Shown one piece after another: positions 18,832 through 27,587 of a DNA stretch of 64,000 nucleotides; position 1 is the stretch's first letter, and each line of letters opens with the position of its first letter. The position numbers were made by a program, and so were the translations under genes. The stretch spans positions 1 to 64,000 of IMG/VR virus record IMGVR_UViG_3300045284_000330; one strand, written 5' to 3'. The stretch comes from a virus. The notes below the pieces were generated by a model. The model searched no databases, was not told the origin of the DNA, and saw nothing but the letters and a program-made list of their open reading frames with translations.

Positions 18832-18884
18832 TTCTTACCGCTCGCCCGCCGCTACCGGGCATTCCCAGCTCTGTTCTGAAACTC
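18696..18884. repeat. Two 33-bp direct repeats, period 156 bp (18696-18728 and 18852-18884)
   Basis: CTAC(A/C)GGGC(C/A)TTCCCA(A/G)CTCTGTTCTGAAACTC. Confidence 0.9.
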
Positions 18885-18945
18885 TATAATATGAAATATA
18901 AAACACAAGGCAAATCAAGGTCAAGCACTATTTTTCAGAAATTGT
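18874..18945. promoter_or_regulatory. Putative res site and resolvase promoter
   Basis: AT-rich segment bounded by inverted TTCTGAAA...TTTCAGAA upstream of the resolvase. Confidence 0.55.
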
Positions 18946-19024
18946 ACATTTTGGGTGATTGCGCGAAGTCCAATAAAGCCGTGCTTGACAACCGCAGCAG
19001 GCCGCTCGCAGGGTACGACACCAG

Positions 19025-19240
19025 ATGGAGCCCGCGATGACAGAACGAGAAACCGTTGAAATCCTGCGACTAATCGAGGAAACGCGGAAGTTCACGGCCG
19101 AACAGCACAAGCTCATCGCCGAGGCCAGTAAGTTCCGCATGGAGCGATGGCTCAATCCGGTGATCGTCATATTCGGCGGCCTCGGCGCGTTCACCGCGAG
19201 CTGGGCTGCCGTCAGCGCACTCCTGCACATCGCGAAGTAG
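19025..19240 (+). CDS. Small coiled-coil protein with TM segment
   Basis: ILRLIEETRKFTAEQHKLIAEA then hydrophobic segment; operator upstream. Confidence 0.7.
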   Translation: MEPAMTERETVEILRLIEETRKFTAEQHKLIAEASKFRMERWLNPVIVIFGGLGAFTASWAAVSALLHIAK

Positions 19241-19258
19241 GCCTCGGGGAATGATGCA

Positions 19259-19405
19259 ATGGCCACGATGGCCGCGTATGAAACTCGTTTCGCCTCACTG
19301 GAGGTGAAGATGGAGCGCATCGACGGCAGGATCACGCTGATCCAGTGGATGCTGGCGCTATTAATCGGCGGTGTCGCCAGCCTTGTCGTCAAGGCGTTCG
19401 CCTAA
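19259..19405 (+). CDS. 48-aa coiled-coil plus TM microprotein (not in ORF track)
   Basis: MATMAAYETRFASLEVKMERIDGRITLIQWMLALLIGGVASLVVKAFA. Confidence 0.6.
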   Translation: MATMAAYETRFASLEVKMERIDGRITLIQWMLALLIGGVASLVVKAFA

Positions 19406-19957
19406 CCGCGAGGGTTGCAGCGCCGCTGGCCCCACATCAGGCTCTGCCGCGGGCTCTGAGCGAGGGGCACCGCCGCGCGAATTAGCCGCGCTCCCGGCTA
19501 ATTCTTTTCCCAGCCCAACATCGGGCTCGGGCTCTGCCTCGGCAACAAGCTGCGCCTGCTGCGCCTCAAGCTCCAGCACCGGCTTGTCGGCGCCAAACAC
19601 GACCGCCGGCAGCCCGCGCTCCTCAAGCCTCTTGCCCAGCTCGTCGGCGTCGATCGTGACGTTCAGCTCGATCGCGCCGCGTGGCCCCTGCCCCGCCACC
19701 TGCACCGGCAGCAGCCGCATGTACATCGATGTCCAGAACGCATATTCGTTTTCCGGCCGTTCCTTGACCCACGCTAGCAGCCGCTTCACGCCGCCGAGCT
19801 TGGATGCGGTTGTTTCCAGCATTTCCTGGACTTCCCGCGTCACCCGGTTGCGCTGGCCTTTTTTGCGGCCGCCTCGCCTATCGCCGGTTTGGAACTTGGC
19901 GGGTGCCGCCTGGGCTCGCGGGTCTCCTGGTTTGAACCTGCTGGGATTTAGGCTCAT
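19361..19957 (-). CDS. Putative terminase small subunit
   Basis: FKPG...GGRKKGQRNRVTREVQEM...FW...RLLPVQV is typical of P22-like/DUF5681-type TerS. Confidence 0.6.
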   Translation of the reverse strand: MSLNPSRFKPGDPRAQAAPAKFQTGDRRGGRKKGQRNRVTREVQEMLETTASKLGGVKRLLAWVKERPENEYAFWTSMYMRLLPVQVAGQGPRGAIELNVTIDADELGKRLEERGLPAVVFGADKPVLELEAQQAQLVAEAEPEPDVGLGKELAGSAANSRGGAPRSEPAAEPDVGPAALQPSRLGERLDDKAGDTAD

Positions 19958-20019
19958 GGGTGGTCAATCTCCGTCGCAATTTTACTAACTGGTGACTTCC
20001 GCGCAAAACCCCTCCGGGG

Positions 20020-20160
20020 TAGTTTGCGGGATCGCCCCCCCTTTCCCCGCGGGGGGTGCGAACTCCCGCGAACTATGTGGGGGTAGTAGGGGGAGTGTCA
20101 CCCACGGGAGTTCGCAGTAGTTCGCGGGCCGTTCGCGGGCAGTTCGCAGTGAGTTCGCCG
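20020..20160. repeat. Iteron-like AGTTCGC cluster, putative replication origin
   Basis: Five copies at 20109-20158 spaced 10-11 bp; two inverted at 20058 and 20068; directly after the helicase gene. Confidence 0.65.
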
Positions 20161-20166
20161 GTTGCA

Positions 20167-21546
20167 TCATTTCTCCACCTCAACCAAAAACGATCTTTTG
20201 TGTGATTTTGAGCCTTCGGTGTGGACTTTGAGGTGGCCGCTGTTGAAGAGGCGCGTCATGGCGTCGTTGAGCGCCCGCTTTTTGATCCCGGCGTTTTTGG
20301 CTGCGTCCTCTTTTGCGAACAGGCTCGGCGCGTGTTTGTTGCTGCCGTTGTGACTGACGGTTCGCCCCTCGATCGTGAATCGGCGCAACAACGTCATGAA
20401 GACATCATCGGCCTTGGCTGCGGCGGCGACGGCGTCGATCGATCCGGCGACGGGCTCGGGCGCGAAGATTCCGTCGCTCCATCGCAGCACGACGGCGTTG
20501 CCCGCCGGGCCATAGTTATTTTTCACGAACTGGAGCTTGCGCAGTTCGGCGCCGGCCACCTCGTCGTCATCGTCTTCGTCTTTGCTGGTCACGGCTGCGA
20601 GATACATTCGGGCGCGTACGCTGTTGTGCCAGGCGGTCGAGCCGCTCAGTCCGCTTGCGCTCTTGAGCCCGGATAGCGATGGGTGTGACAGCAGGATCAG
20701 CGCGGCGCTGGTGGCCATTGCGAGTCCGCGCAGCAGCGTTATGAATTGCCGTGTTTGCGAGCGGTCGATTTCGTTTCCGGCGAAGACGTCGGCTGCGGTG
20801 TCGATGACGATCAACTTGGGGCGCAGGTTGAGCGCGTCGGTGCGCAGTTGCTCGAACATCGCTGTTGGCTTGACGATTCCGCTACGATCTGGTGCGGCGA
20901 GGATGGCGTCGGCGCCGGCGCGCGAGATCACCCACAGGCCGGCGTCGCGCAGCTCGGCGCGGGTCGTGTCGTAGTGCTCCGCGATCTTTTCCAGGCGTCG
21001 GCAGATTTCGGCGTCGTCCTCCTCGGCTGAGAAGTAGAGCGCCGGGCCGCACTCTGGCAGCATGGTGACCCAGTCTTTTCCGAGCACTGTTGCGGCGCAT
21101 AGCTGCAGGATCAGCAGCGATTTGCCGATCGCGCCATGTCCTGAGAACAGCGTCACGGCGGCGGCTGGGATGCGATCGAGCACCTCCCACGCCCGCACCG
21201 GGATGGGATCGATGGCGATGTTGACATATGTGAAGGGGGGCGGCGTCGGTGCCTTGGCCTCATGCGCCTGGCCGTTTCCATTACCTTTCGTCTCGCTTGC
21301 GCGGATGCCGTCGGCTATTGCCGCTTGCACTGCATCGGCGCTGATTTCATGAACATCGATTGCCAGATCGGAGAGATGATCGATGGCGGCGCTATCGCCG
21401 AAAGGCGCGATCTTTGCGACGCCGTTGCGCAGGGCCATCAGCTTGTTGAGTTCACCGTCCGCCTGGCTCATTGCGAGGTAGGCGGCGGTCATGGCCTTTG
21501 TCACGGCCAGCGGTCGGGTAACGTCCTCTCTGTCATCGTCCCGCAC
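20167..21546 (-). CDS. RepA-type SF4 helicase (AAA_25)
   Basis: Walker A GHGAIGKS, SAEED, LIVIDT, HPS, GSTAW, KNNY. Confidence 0.9.
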   Translation of the reverse strand: MRDDDREDVTRPLAVTKAMTAAYLAMSQADGELNKLMALRNGVAKIAPFGDSAAIDHLSDLAIDVHEISADAVQAAIADGIRASETKGNGNGQAHEAKAPTPPPFTYVNIAIDPIPVRAWEVLDRIPAAAVTLFSGHGAIGKSLLILQLCAATVLGKDWVTMLPECGPALYFSAEEDDAEICRRLEKIAEHYDTTRAELRDAGLWVISRAGADAILAAPDRSGIVKPTAMFEQLRTDALNLRPKLIVIDTAADVFAGNEIDRSQTRQFITLLRGLAMATSAALILLSHPSLSGLKSASGLSGSTAWHNSVRARMYLAAVTSKDEDDDDEVAGAELRKLQFVKNNYGPAGNAVVLRWSDGIFAPEPVAGSIDAVAAAAKADDVFMTLLRRFTIEGRTVSHNGSNKHAPSLFAKEDAAKNAGIKKRALNDAMTRLFNSGHLKVHTEGSKSHKRSFLVEVEK

Positions 21547-21571
21547 CGTCTGCGCCTTTCGGTCTTCGTCT

Positions 21572-21931
21572 TCAATTGCGCGCCCTGCGCTCGCCCGGTT
21601 CGCCGAGCACGGCGTCGAAAAGCTTGTCCTTTGCGACGGTCGCGAGGATGCGTCTGATCAATGGGCCGACGCCTCTATGGCCGCGCCGCTTGGCCTCTTG
21701 GATCAGCGCTTGCCGCGTCTGCAGGCTCACGCTGGCGCCGACGTGGCGCGTCATCCCGAGCTTGATCTGATACCGGTTGCACATGACCGAGACGCTGCTC
21801 GGCTTGGCGCCGATCGCCTTGGCGATCTCGCTGGCTGTCCTGCCGGCGGCCGCCATGCGGCGCATGATCGCCATGGCCTCGTGTGTGAACACGGTCGGGC
21901 CGCGCTGCCAGCCATCGATGCGTGGCGTCAT
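21572..21931 (-). CDS. Small HTH protein
   Basis: AGRTASEIAKAIGAKPSSV. Confidence 0.6.
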   Translation of the reverse strand: MTPRIDGWQRGPTVFTHEAMAIMRRMAAAGRTASEIAKAIGAKPSSVSVMCNRYQIKLGMTRHVGASVSLQTRQALIQEAKRRGHRGVGPLIRRILATVAKDKLFDAVLGEPGERRARN

Positions 21932-22596
21932 GGTGCGCACCTCGCGAGTAGCGGCGCTCCGCCGAACTTCCCGATCTCGTCGCCCCACACCGTCTGGATA
22001 TCGGCCTGCGTCATGCCATGGTTCATCCTGTCCATCCACGCCGCTACTATTCGCAAGTCTTCAGCCGAGTAATTTCGCTTGATATTGTTGCACCGCCAAC
22101 AAATCAGTGCGACATTCGCCAACTCATACCCGGCGCCTGGAATACGTTGATCAAAACTCGGAGATGCGTCTTTCTTGACACCATTTTTAGGCCCGAGATC
22201 GAATCCGATTCCGCAACATTCGCAGTTCGGCTGACGTTGGAGCCATGCGATTATATATGTCTTGGTTCCCAGTTCCGGCGCGATCGGGAGCCCGCGAGAA
22301 CGCGCTCTTTCCCAAATTCCCTTCCGTAGATGTTCAGCGGTCACACGAAACGGAAACAATTCAGCGCGACGGCGTTCTCGTTGTTTGTGCGCTGCCCCGT
22401 TCTCGACGGCATAGATTGCACGTCTCTCGACGTTAATTCGCGTGCGATGCCTGTCTTTTGATGCCTTGCTAATTATGCGTCGGCATGGACGGCAGTAAGA
22501 CCCAATCTGGTCGCGACATTGTTTGTGCGGCGCGAACTCTTGAAGCGTCGCCGGTTTTTCAACTTTGCATTTCATACATTTTTTAAGCCACTGCAT
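21928..22596 (-). CDS. HNH-like endonuclease
   Basis: CxxC pairs; SFDQRIPGAGYELANVALICWRCNNIK. Confidence 0.75.
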   Translation of the reverse strand: MQWLKKCMKCKVEKPATLQEFAPHKQCRDQIGSYCRPCRRIISKASKDRHRTRINVERRAIYAVENGAAHKQRERRRAELFPFRVTAEHLRKGIWERARSRGLPIAPELGTKTYIIAWLQRQPNCECCGIGFDLGPKNGVKKDASPSFDQRIPGAGYELANVALICWRCNNIKRNYSAEDLRIVAAWMDRMNHGMTQADIQTVWGDEIGKFGGAPLLARCAP

Positions 22597-23242
22597 GGAA
22601 TTTTCCTGTTTCCAATCCCCATGAAGTCCAGCCGGCGCGCATTGACCGCGCGAACAGCTCGACGTAGGGACCGGCGCAATACTCCATGACACGGCGGTAG
22701 GCTTCGTCCGGTTTCCGGGAATGCTCGCGCACCGGGGACAGGATGACCTCGCGCACCCTCTTTGATGCGCGCTTGCAATTTCCACGGCGGCCGAGGAGGC
22801 AGAATTCAGCGTTCTTCCTGGTGGTCAGTCCGAGCCCGAGATGAAGGTCGCCTTCCGCAGTCGGCAGTATGCGCAACTGATTGGGATTATGGCTGCGCTT
22901 GAGCTTGATCCAGGTGAATGCGACGGATGAATATTTGAATCCCCACGATTTCATCACATCGAATGCAAACGGAAGACACGGTCCCGTGACCCACAGGAAC
23001 AGATGGCAGCCGGCCGGGTCGGCCAGCCCCCTGACCGGGAGCGCGGCGATATCGTCGACGCCCATCACAGCGTAATGTTTCTCGGCGTCGCGGCGGGACG
23101 TCCAGTTGCTCATCTGCAGCGCGGTTCGCGCTCTGAAGTGCCAAGGCGGATCGACCATGATTGCGCGATACTTGCCGGCCGGCCACGGCTGATCTGCTAT
23201 TAGAATCTCGCGGCAGTCGCCGGTGATGACGCGCATGCTCAT
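22583..23242 (-). CDS. MT-A70 family adenine methyltransferase
   Basis: DPPW, LFLW, WGFKY, EHSRKP, ELFAR. Confidence 0.92.
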   Translation of the reverse strand: MSMRVITGDCREILIADQPWPAGKYRAIMVDPPWHFRARTALQMSNWTSRRDAEKHYAVMGVDDIAALPVRGLADPAGCHLFLWVTGPCLPFAFDVMKSWGFKYSSVAFTWIKLKRSHNPNQLRILPTAEGDLHLGLGLTTRKNAEFCLLGRRGNCKRASKRVREVILSPVREHSRKPDEAYRRVMEYCAGPYVELFARSMRAGWTSWGLETGKFHAVA

Positions 23243-23652
23243 TGCGGCCTGACTTCCGTTTTCACCGCGCCCCAGCCTTTGAGAATGTCGACCGCGGCAT
23301 CAAACCGATCGGTCCATTGGAACGGCACGTTGTGTTCCCGGCACCATTCGCCGAAATCGTTCTGGACGTCGGACAGGGTCTCGCCCTTGCGCTTGAGCTC
23401 GAGGAAATGCGCCATGCCGGCCGGGCTCATCAGGATGAAATCTGACCATCCCCTCTGCACGCCCATCCGCTTCAGGCGTGCCGCAGTCGCCGGCGGCCGG
23501 TATTCGCCGAACGGCAGATGGGTCCAGCGCCAGCCGGGCACGCCCCACTTGGTCAGAATGTCGGCGACCATGCAGTGCAGGGCGATCTCTCGCGCCGGCG
23601 GCGCCTTGCGCACGCGCTTGGTGAACAGGTCGCGCTGCCCGAGGCGGATCAT
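23239..23652 (-). CDS. VRR-NUC-like nuclease
   Basis: LKRMGVQRGWSDF...FLELKR...LSDVQ. Confidence 0.8.
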   Translation of the reverse strand: MIRLGQRDLFTKRVRKAPPAREIALHCMVADILTKWGVPGWRWTHLPFGEYRPPATAARLKRMGVQRGWSDFILMSPAGMAHFLELKRKGETLSDVQNDFGEWCREHNVPFQWTDRFDAAVDILKGWGAVKTEVRPQ

Positions 23653-23996
23653 CCGGATCCCCCGATTGCCGGCAGCGTGCGATATTCGATCGGGATGCCG
23701 GCGGCCTTGGCCGCATCGATCGCGATCTGCATGCCTTCGCTGATACCGCGGTCGGTGTAGACGGCGATGGCGTCGGCGACCTCGATCCAGGCATGGCCGG
23801 CTTCGATGCCAACCTGGCGCTCGGCGGTGACCGCATCGCGCAGAATGTCGGGCTGTGTGAACAGCAGGTGCGACGCGATCGGCGCTTCGCCGCGCATGAC
23901 GCAATCGCGCACCGCCCGCCGCGCGTACGTGACGTTGGCGCGCTCGGCGAAATAGGTCGGGGCGCGGTACGGACTCTCGACGATGACGCGGCGCAT
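23649..23996 (-). CDS. Nucleoside deoxyribosyltransferase-like Rossmannoid phage protein
   Basis: VIVESPY...GEAPIASHLL...YTDRGISEGM. Confidence 0.65.
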   Translation of the reverse strand: MRRVIVESPYRAPTYFAERANVTYARRAVRDCVMRGEAPIASHLLFTQPDILRDAVTAERQVGIEAGHAWIEVADAIAVYTDRGISEGMQIAIDAAKAAGIPIEYRTLPAIGGSG

Positions 23997-24349
23997 CACC
24001 AGAATCCTCCAAGCATTTCGTCGTCGTGATCGGCCTGGCATTCGCGCTGCAGCTCGTCGGGCGGCTCTCGCTTTTGATGGGCGACGTGGGGACTCGAACC
24101 CTCGCGTCTACTTTGGCCAGTAGAATGGGGGCGCCCTTCCCCATCTCCGTCGCCCGGCTCCCGCATCGGGCATTCGCAGAGCCAGGCCATGCCGACCGAC
24201 CATTCGCGGTGCGAGCCTCCGATATCGAACGCCGCCATCCAGCCGCAGCGCAGGAAGGCGTCGACACGCTCATGGCGCACATAGCGGACCCAGCGGACGG
24301 GGGCGCGGCGCGGACTCTCGACGATGACGCGGCGCATGATCGCCTTCAT
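23996..24349 (-). CDS. Hypothetical protein carrying a duplicated MRRVIVESP start
   Basis: 38-bp repeat shared with the next gene. Confidence 0.5.
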   Translation of the reverse strand: MKAIMRRVIVESPRRAPVRWVRYVRHERVDAFLRCGWMAAFDIGGSHREWSVGMAWLCECPMREPGDGDGEGRPHSTGQSRREGSSPHVAHQKREPPDELQRECQADHDDEMLGGFW

Positions 24350-24909
24350 CTCATCACAAACAAATCCGGATGGCGGACAGCGACAGGCGGCAAGTGGTGG
24401 CGGCGGGTATCGAGAAACCGAGTCGGATGGTCTGGATCTCGGTCAAACCGCAGGAGTTCCACCAGAGTTTTTTCGCTTACTTCATATTTCCCGTCCCATA
24501 ACATGCGCTCCGAATTATCAGGACGGTTGTTCGACATCTGCAACACATGCACGCCAAGCCACCGCACTGATCGCCGGCATCCTGGTCTTCGGCTGTCCTC
24601 AACCGATATTGGCCGGCGCCGTCCGTTTCTCATCGAGGCCTTCCGAATTATCTTGTCTATGACATCGAAAGTATCGCGCTGTGCGAAGGGCATCTCGGCG
24701 CTGAACGTCTTCACCTCGACGAGCTGCAGATGCTCGTATACCGACGCAATGGTGACTCGTTTGCTCTCTTTGCGCTCCGAAAACCGGTGCATCCAAAGAT
24801 CATTGTCTTGCACGCTGAAACAGATTTCATTCGAGTCCAGATCGGGATGGTTCCTGATCCAGGCGCAAAATGGCGACGCGTGCTCGCCATCGCGGCGCGG
24901 CGAGGTCAT
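24346..24909 (-). CDS. Hypothetical protein, possible PD-(D/E)xK fold
   Basis: DND...LVEVK...Q. Confidence 0.5.
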   Translation of the reverse strand: MTSPRRDGEHASPFCAWIRNHPDLDSNEICFSVQDNDLWMHRFSERKESKRVTIASVYEHLQLVEVKTFSAEMPFAQRDTFDVIDKIIRKASMRNGRRRPISVEDSRRPGCRRSVRWLGVHVLQMSNNRPDNSERMLWDGKYEVSEKTLVELLRFDRDPDHPTRFLDTRRHHLPPVAVRHPDLFVMR

Positions 24910-24914
24910 TCCGC

Positions 24915-26198
24915 TCACTCCACTCGCCACACGATGATTTCTCGCGACAGCACGAGGCATTCCCTGTTGGCTTTCGCCCATTCGACCATTTGCGGGTTGC
25001 ACTGCTGGCTTTCGTAAGGGACCGAATAGCGCATTGCGACCGGCAGCTTGATCCTGCGAAGCATGTCGCCGACGTGATCGGTGAACTGCCGCTCTGGCGC
25101 ATTCCACTGCGTGGGCTGGATGATCAGCGCGATGTGCGCGCCATCCGAGAGTTTTTTGCCAAACCCGGAAATGATTCCTGCGAGCGTTTCATTGAACTGC
25201 TCGAGCGGCATGTTGGCGAGGTCGGTAGAGTCCTCGCTGTACTTGCCTTTTGCCTGCCACCAATACGGCGGGTCGAGGTAGACGAGCTTGACGTCTTTCC
25301 ATTGCGGCGGCTTCGGCAGGCCATCGGTGAGATCGTGCTGGCGGATTTCCTTCTCGCGCTCGACGATCGGCTTGCGATCGGAAACCCAATAGCGACGAAA
25401 GCGCTTTCGGCACAGATCGATAGTCGACCCGCCTCCGGCGAACGGGTCCACCACCACATCAAGCGGGTTGGTGTAGAGGTAAAGCAGGTTGTCGAGCCAG
25501 CGCACCTCGCTGTTGCCGAAATGCGTCGATCCCTTGGTTTTCTCCTGCTGTTTCCAAACGTTGTAGATGGGCGGCTCGAAGTCGGTGGCGTGCTCAGCAT
25601 TCGCAAGATTAGATTTGTTCAGATTTGGCAAATCTGCCATTTCCGAACAAAGTCCACTAACGACAGCCTTTGCAACGTTCTCATTCTCGGCGATCTCTTC
25701 CACTGTCCGGCACGCCAGCCACGCTTCGAAGATGCGCTTGTTTCGCGCCTCCTTGGCGTCCTTATCCATGCGTGACAGCCAATCGCGCACGGTGCGCTCG
25801 GAAACCGACAAGATGTGTGCGAGGTGCGCCTTCTTGCCTTCGCGCTCCTTCTCCGGCGTCATGCCGTAAATCTTGCGCGCCATGTTGCGCTTGTCGTCCT
25901 GCGATAACTGCAAGCCGTGCGCCGCATTGCGGTCGATCGCCAACTCCAGAAGCTCGGCGTCGCTCTCGGTTGGCGTGATCTTTGCCTTGATGGTCGCCGC
26001 TTCCATCTTTCGATGTGCGGTCCAGCGATGCCAACCGTCGATCAGCTCATTACGCTGATTGACCTCGATCGGCGGCAGCACGTCGAGGTCCTCGGCATAT
26101 TTCTGAACGGTGACGGCGCTGGTTTCAATGCGCGGATAGAGGTCCTCGCGGAAAACAATGTCGGCCACCGCAATTTCAACGACCGCAAGCATGTCCAT
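24915..26198 (-). CDS. ParB-like domain plus HTH plus DNA methyltransferase fusion
   Basis: PPIEV...LIDGWHR; LSVSERTVRDW; DPFAGGG precedes LDPPY. Confidence 0.85.
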   Translation of the reverse strand: MDMLAVVEIAVADIVFREDLYPRIETSAVTVQKYAEDLDVLPPIEVNQRNELIDGWHRWTAHRKMEAATIKAKITPTESDAELLELAIDRNAAHGLQLSQDDKRNMARKIYGMTPEKEREGKKAHLAHILSVSERTVRDWLSRMDKDAKEARNKRIFEAWLACRTVEEIAENENVAKAVVSGLCSEMADLPNLNKSNLANAEHATDFEPPIYNVWKQQEKTKGSTHFGNSEVRWLDNLLYLYTNPLDVVVDPFAGGGSTIDLCRKRFRRYWVSDRKPIVEREKEIRQHDLTDGLPKPPQWKDVKLVYLDPPYWWQAKGKYSEDSTDLANMPLEQFNETLAGIISGFGKKLSDGAHIALIIQPTQWNAPERQFTDHVGDMLRRIKLPVAMRYSVPYESQQCNPQMVEWAKANRECLVLSREIIVWRVE

Positions 26199-26212
26199 AA
26201 TGGCGCACCCCC

Positions 26213-26392
26213 TTACCCGAGCCCCTGCAGTGGGCCACTCTGGACGCCCCCGCCGTCCGCGCGCCGGGTCCGCCCCATGGCGCGGTCCCCTTCCGGAAGT
26301 TTTTCGGGCAATTCAAAAGCGGTCGGTGATAGAAATTCCCGAAACGGCAACGTCAATGCATTCGCGTTGTTTGAGGTGGTTTTTTTCAGCAT
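26213..26392 (-). CDS. 59-aa chimeric ORF sharing its C-terminus with the GapR-like gene
   Basis: Ends DRAMGRTRRADGGGVQSGPLQGLG; SD AGGAG. Confidence 0.5.
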   Translation of the reverse strand: MLKKTTSNNANALTLPFREFLSPTAFELPEKLPEGDRAMGRTRRADGGGVQSGPLQGLG

Positions 26393-26613
26393 GGATCACT
26401 CCTGCGAGGGTAGACGCCATAATTTATTTGAACCCAGAGAGACCAGATGCGATTGACTTTCCGCTTTGTTGTCGCGTCCATCTTGGGGCGCTCGCCTTCA
26501 TGACAATTGTGGCAATCAGCCCTGGAATAGCTTTGCATGCCGCCGCATGCAGAGCATTCCCAATGCCCAACCTCATCAAGAAGCTGTTGCATGGTCTTTC
26601 TTTGTGCGGGCAT
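26386..26613 (-). CDS. Small zinc-finger protein
   Basis: WECSAC...CHNC. Confidence 0.55.
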   Translation of the reverse strand: MPAQRKTMQQLLDEVGHWECSACGGMQSYSRADCHNCHEGERPKMDATTKRKVNRIWSLWVQINYGVYPRRSDPC

Positions 26614-26625
26614 GGTTCGCCCCCA

Positions 26626-27066
26626 TCACCCGAGCCCTTGCAGTGGCCCGCCCTGGACGCCCCCGCCGTCCGCGCGCCGGGTCCGCCCCATGGCGCGGTC
26701 GCGCTCGAGCGCCACGATGCCGAGCGGTAGGTCGTCCAGCCCGGGGATGGCGTCGTCGAGCAGCTCGTAGTTGGCGCGATCGTCGTCTTCGAGCTCGCTT
26801 TCGAGCTGGGCCGCCTTGCGCAGGTGCTGGCGCGTCTTGACCTTGACCTTGAGCGCCTTTTTCCTGATCCCAGCCTCCGTGGCCTCGTCGAGCACCTGCC
26901 GGATCGCCTCGTGGATCGGCTTGCATCGCAGCATGTAGTCAGATTTTTCCTTGTCGAGATCGGCATTTAGGCTCTCGATCCGGTCCACGAAGCTGGTCGC
27001 GGCGTCGTGGTCGAGGCCGTTGGTCAGATTGACGTCGTGGTCCGGGCCGTTCGTGTGCTCTTGCAT
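26626..27066 (-). CDS. GapR/DUF2312-like DNA-binding protein
   Basis: SFVDRIESL...IRQVLDEATEAGIRKKALK...R; LPLG near C-terminus. Confidence 0.6.
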   Translation of the reverse strand: MQEHTNGPDHDVNLTNGLDHDAATSFVDRIESLNADLDKEKSDYMLRCKPIHEAIRQVLDEATEAGIRKKALKVKVKTRQHLRKAAQLESELEDDDRANYELLDDAIPGLDDLPLGIVALERDRAMGRTRRADGGGVQGGPLQGLG

Positions 27067-27181
27067 GGCGTACTCCCGTGGCGCGACGCCGGGGCGGCTG
27101 CCGCGCGATTTTGCCGCTGTTGCTTGCGCATTTCCTCCGCCCCGGGATTAAGCCCGGCTTGACAAATCAGGCGGCGCGATA

Positions 27182-27430
27182 TTAGGAACTCGACGGAACC
27201 GGCCGGCGCTTCGGTGTCGGCGGCGGGTAGAAATCCGGTCGGATGACGTAAGGCTTGATGCCCATGACTTTCGCAACGGCAAGCACACGGTCGCGCGGCA
27301 CTTGGCGCCATTGCCAAATCGCTTGTCGCGTGACGCCGCACACCGCCATGATCTCGTTGACGATGGCCGGCGTCGCGCGGATCAGGCGCACCGTCTCGTC
27401 GATGCCCGCTGCTTTGGTCTGGGCGTCCAC
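27182..27430 (-). CDS. Cro-like (YdaS-type) regulator
   Basis: GVTRQAIWQW.QVP...IRPDFY; divergent from the repressor. Confidence 0.85.
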   Translation of the reverse strand: MDAQTKAAGIDETVRLIRATPAIVNEIMAVCGVTRQAIWQWRQVPRDRVLAVAKVMGIKPYVIRPDFYPPPTPKRRPVPSSS

Positions 27431-27454
27431 GACTTACCCCTCCGATCGGGAAAT

Positions 27455-27545
27455 TGGGAACTTGACAGTTAAGCGCCGCTTGCCGGCGTCCGTCAAGCGT
27501 CAAGCGTCTTGTTAACCGTGGAGTGAAGCCGTGCTTTACACGCAA
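27455..27545. promoter_or_regulatory. Immunity region: operators at 27468-27484 and 27523-27539 and the cro promoter
   Basis: GTTAAG-CGCCG-CTTGCC; GTGAAG-CCGTG-CTTTAC; minus strand TTGACG-N17-CTTAACTG. Confidence 0.7.
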
Positions 27546-27587
27546 GACGACATTCGCTTTAGAAATCAGGACGGGAGCCAATTGGGC

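Noticed and set aside
18696-18884. CRISPR mini-array
   Set aside because: Only two good repeats, 123-bp structured spacer, no cas genes
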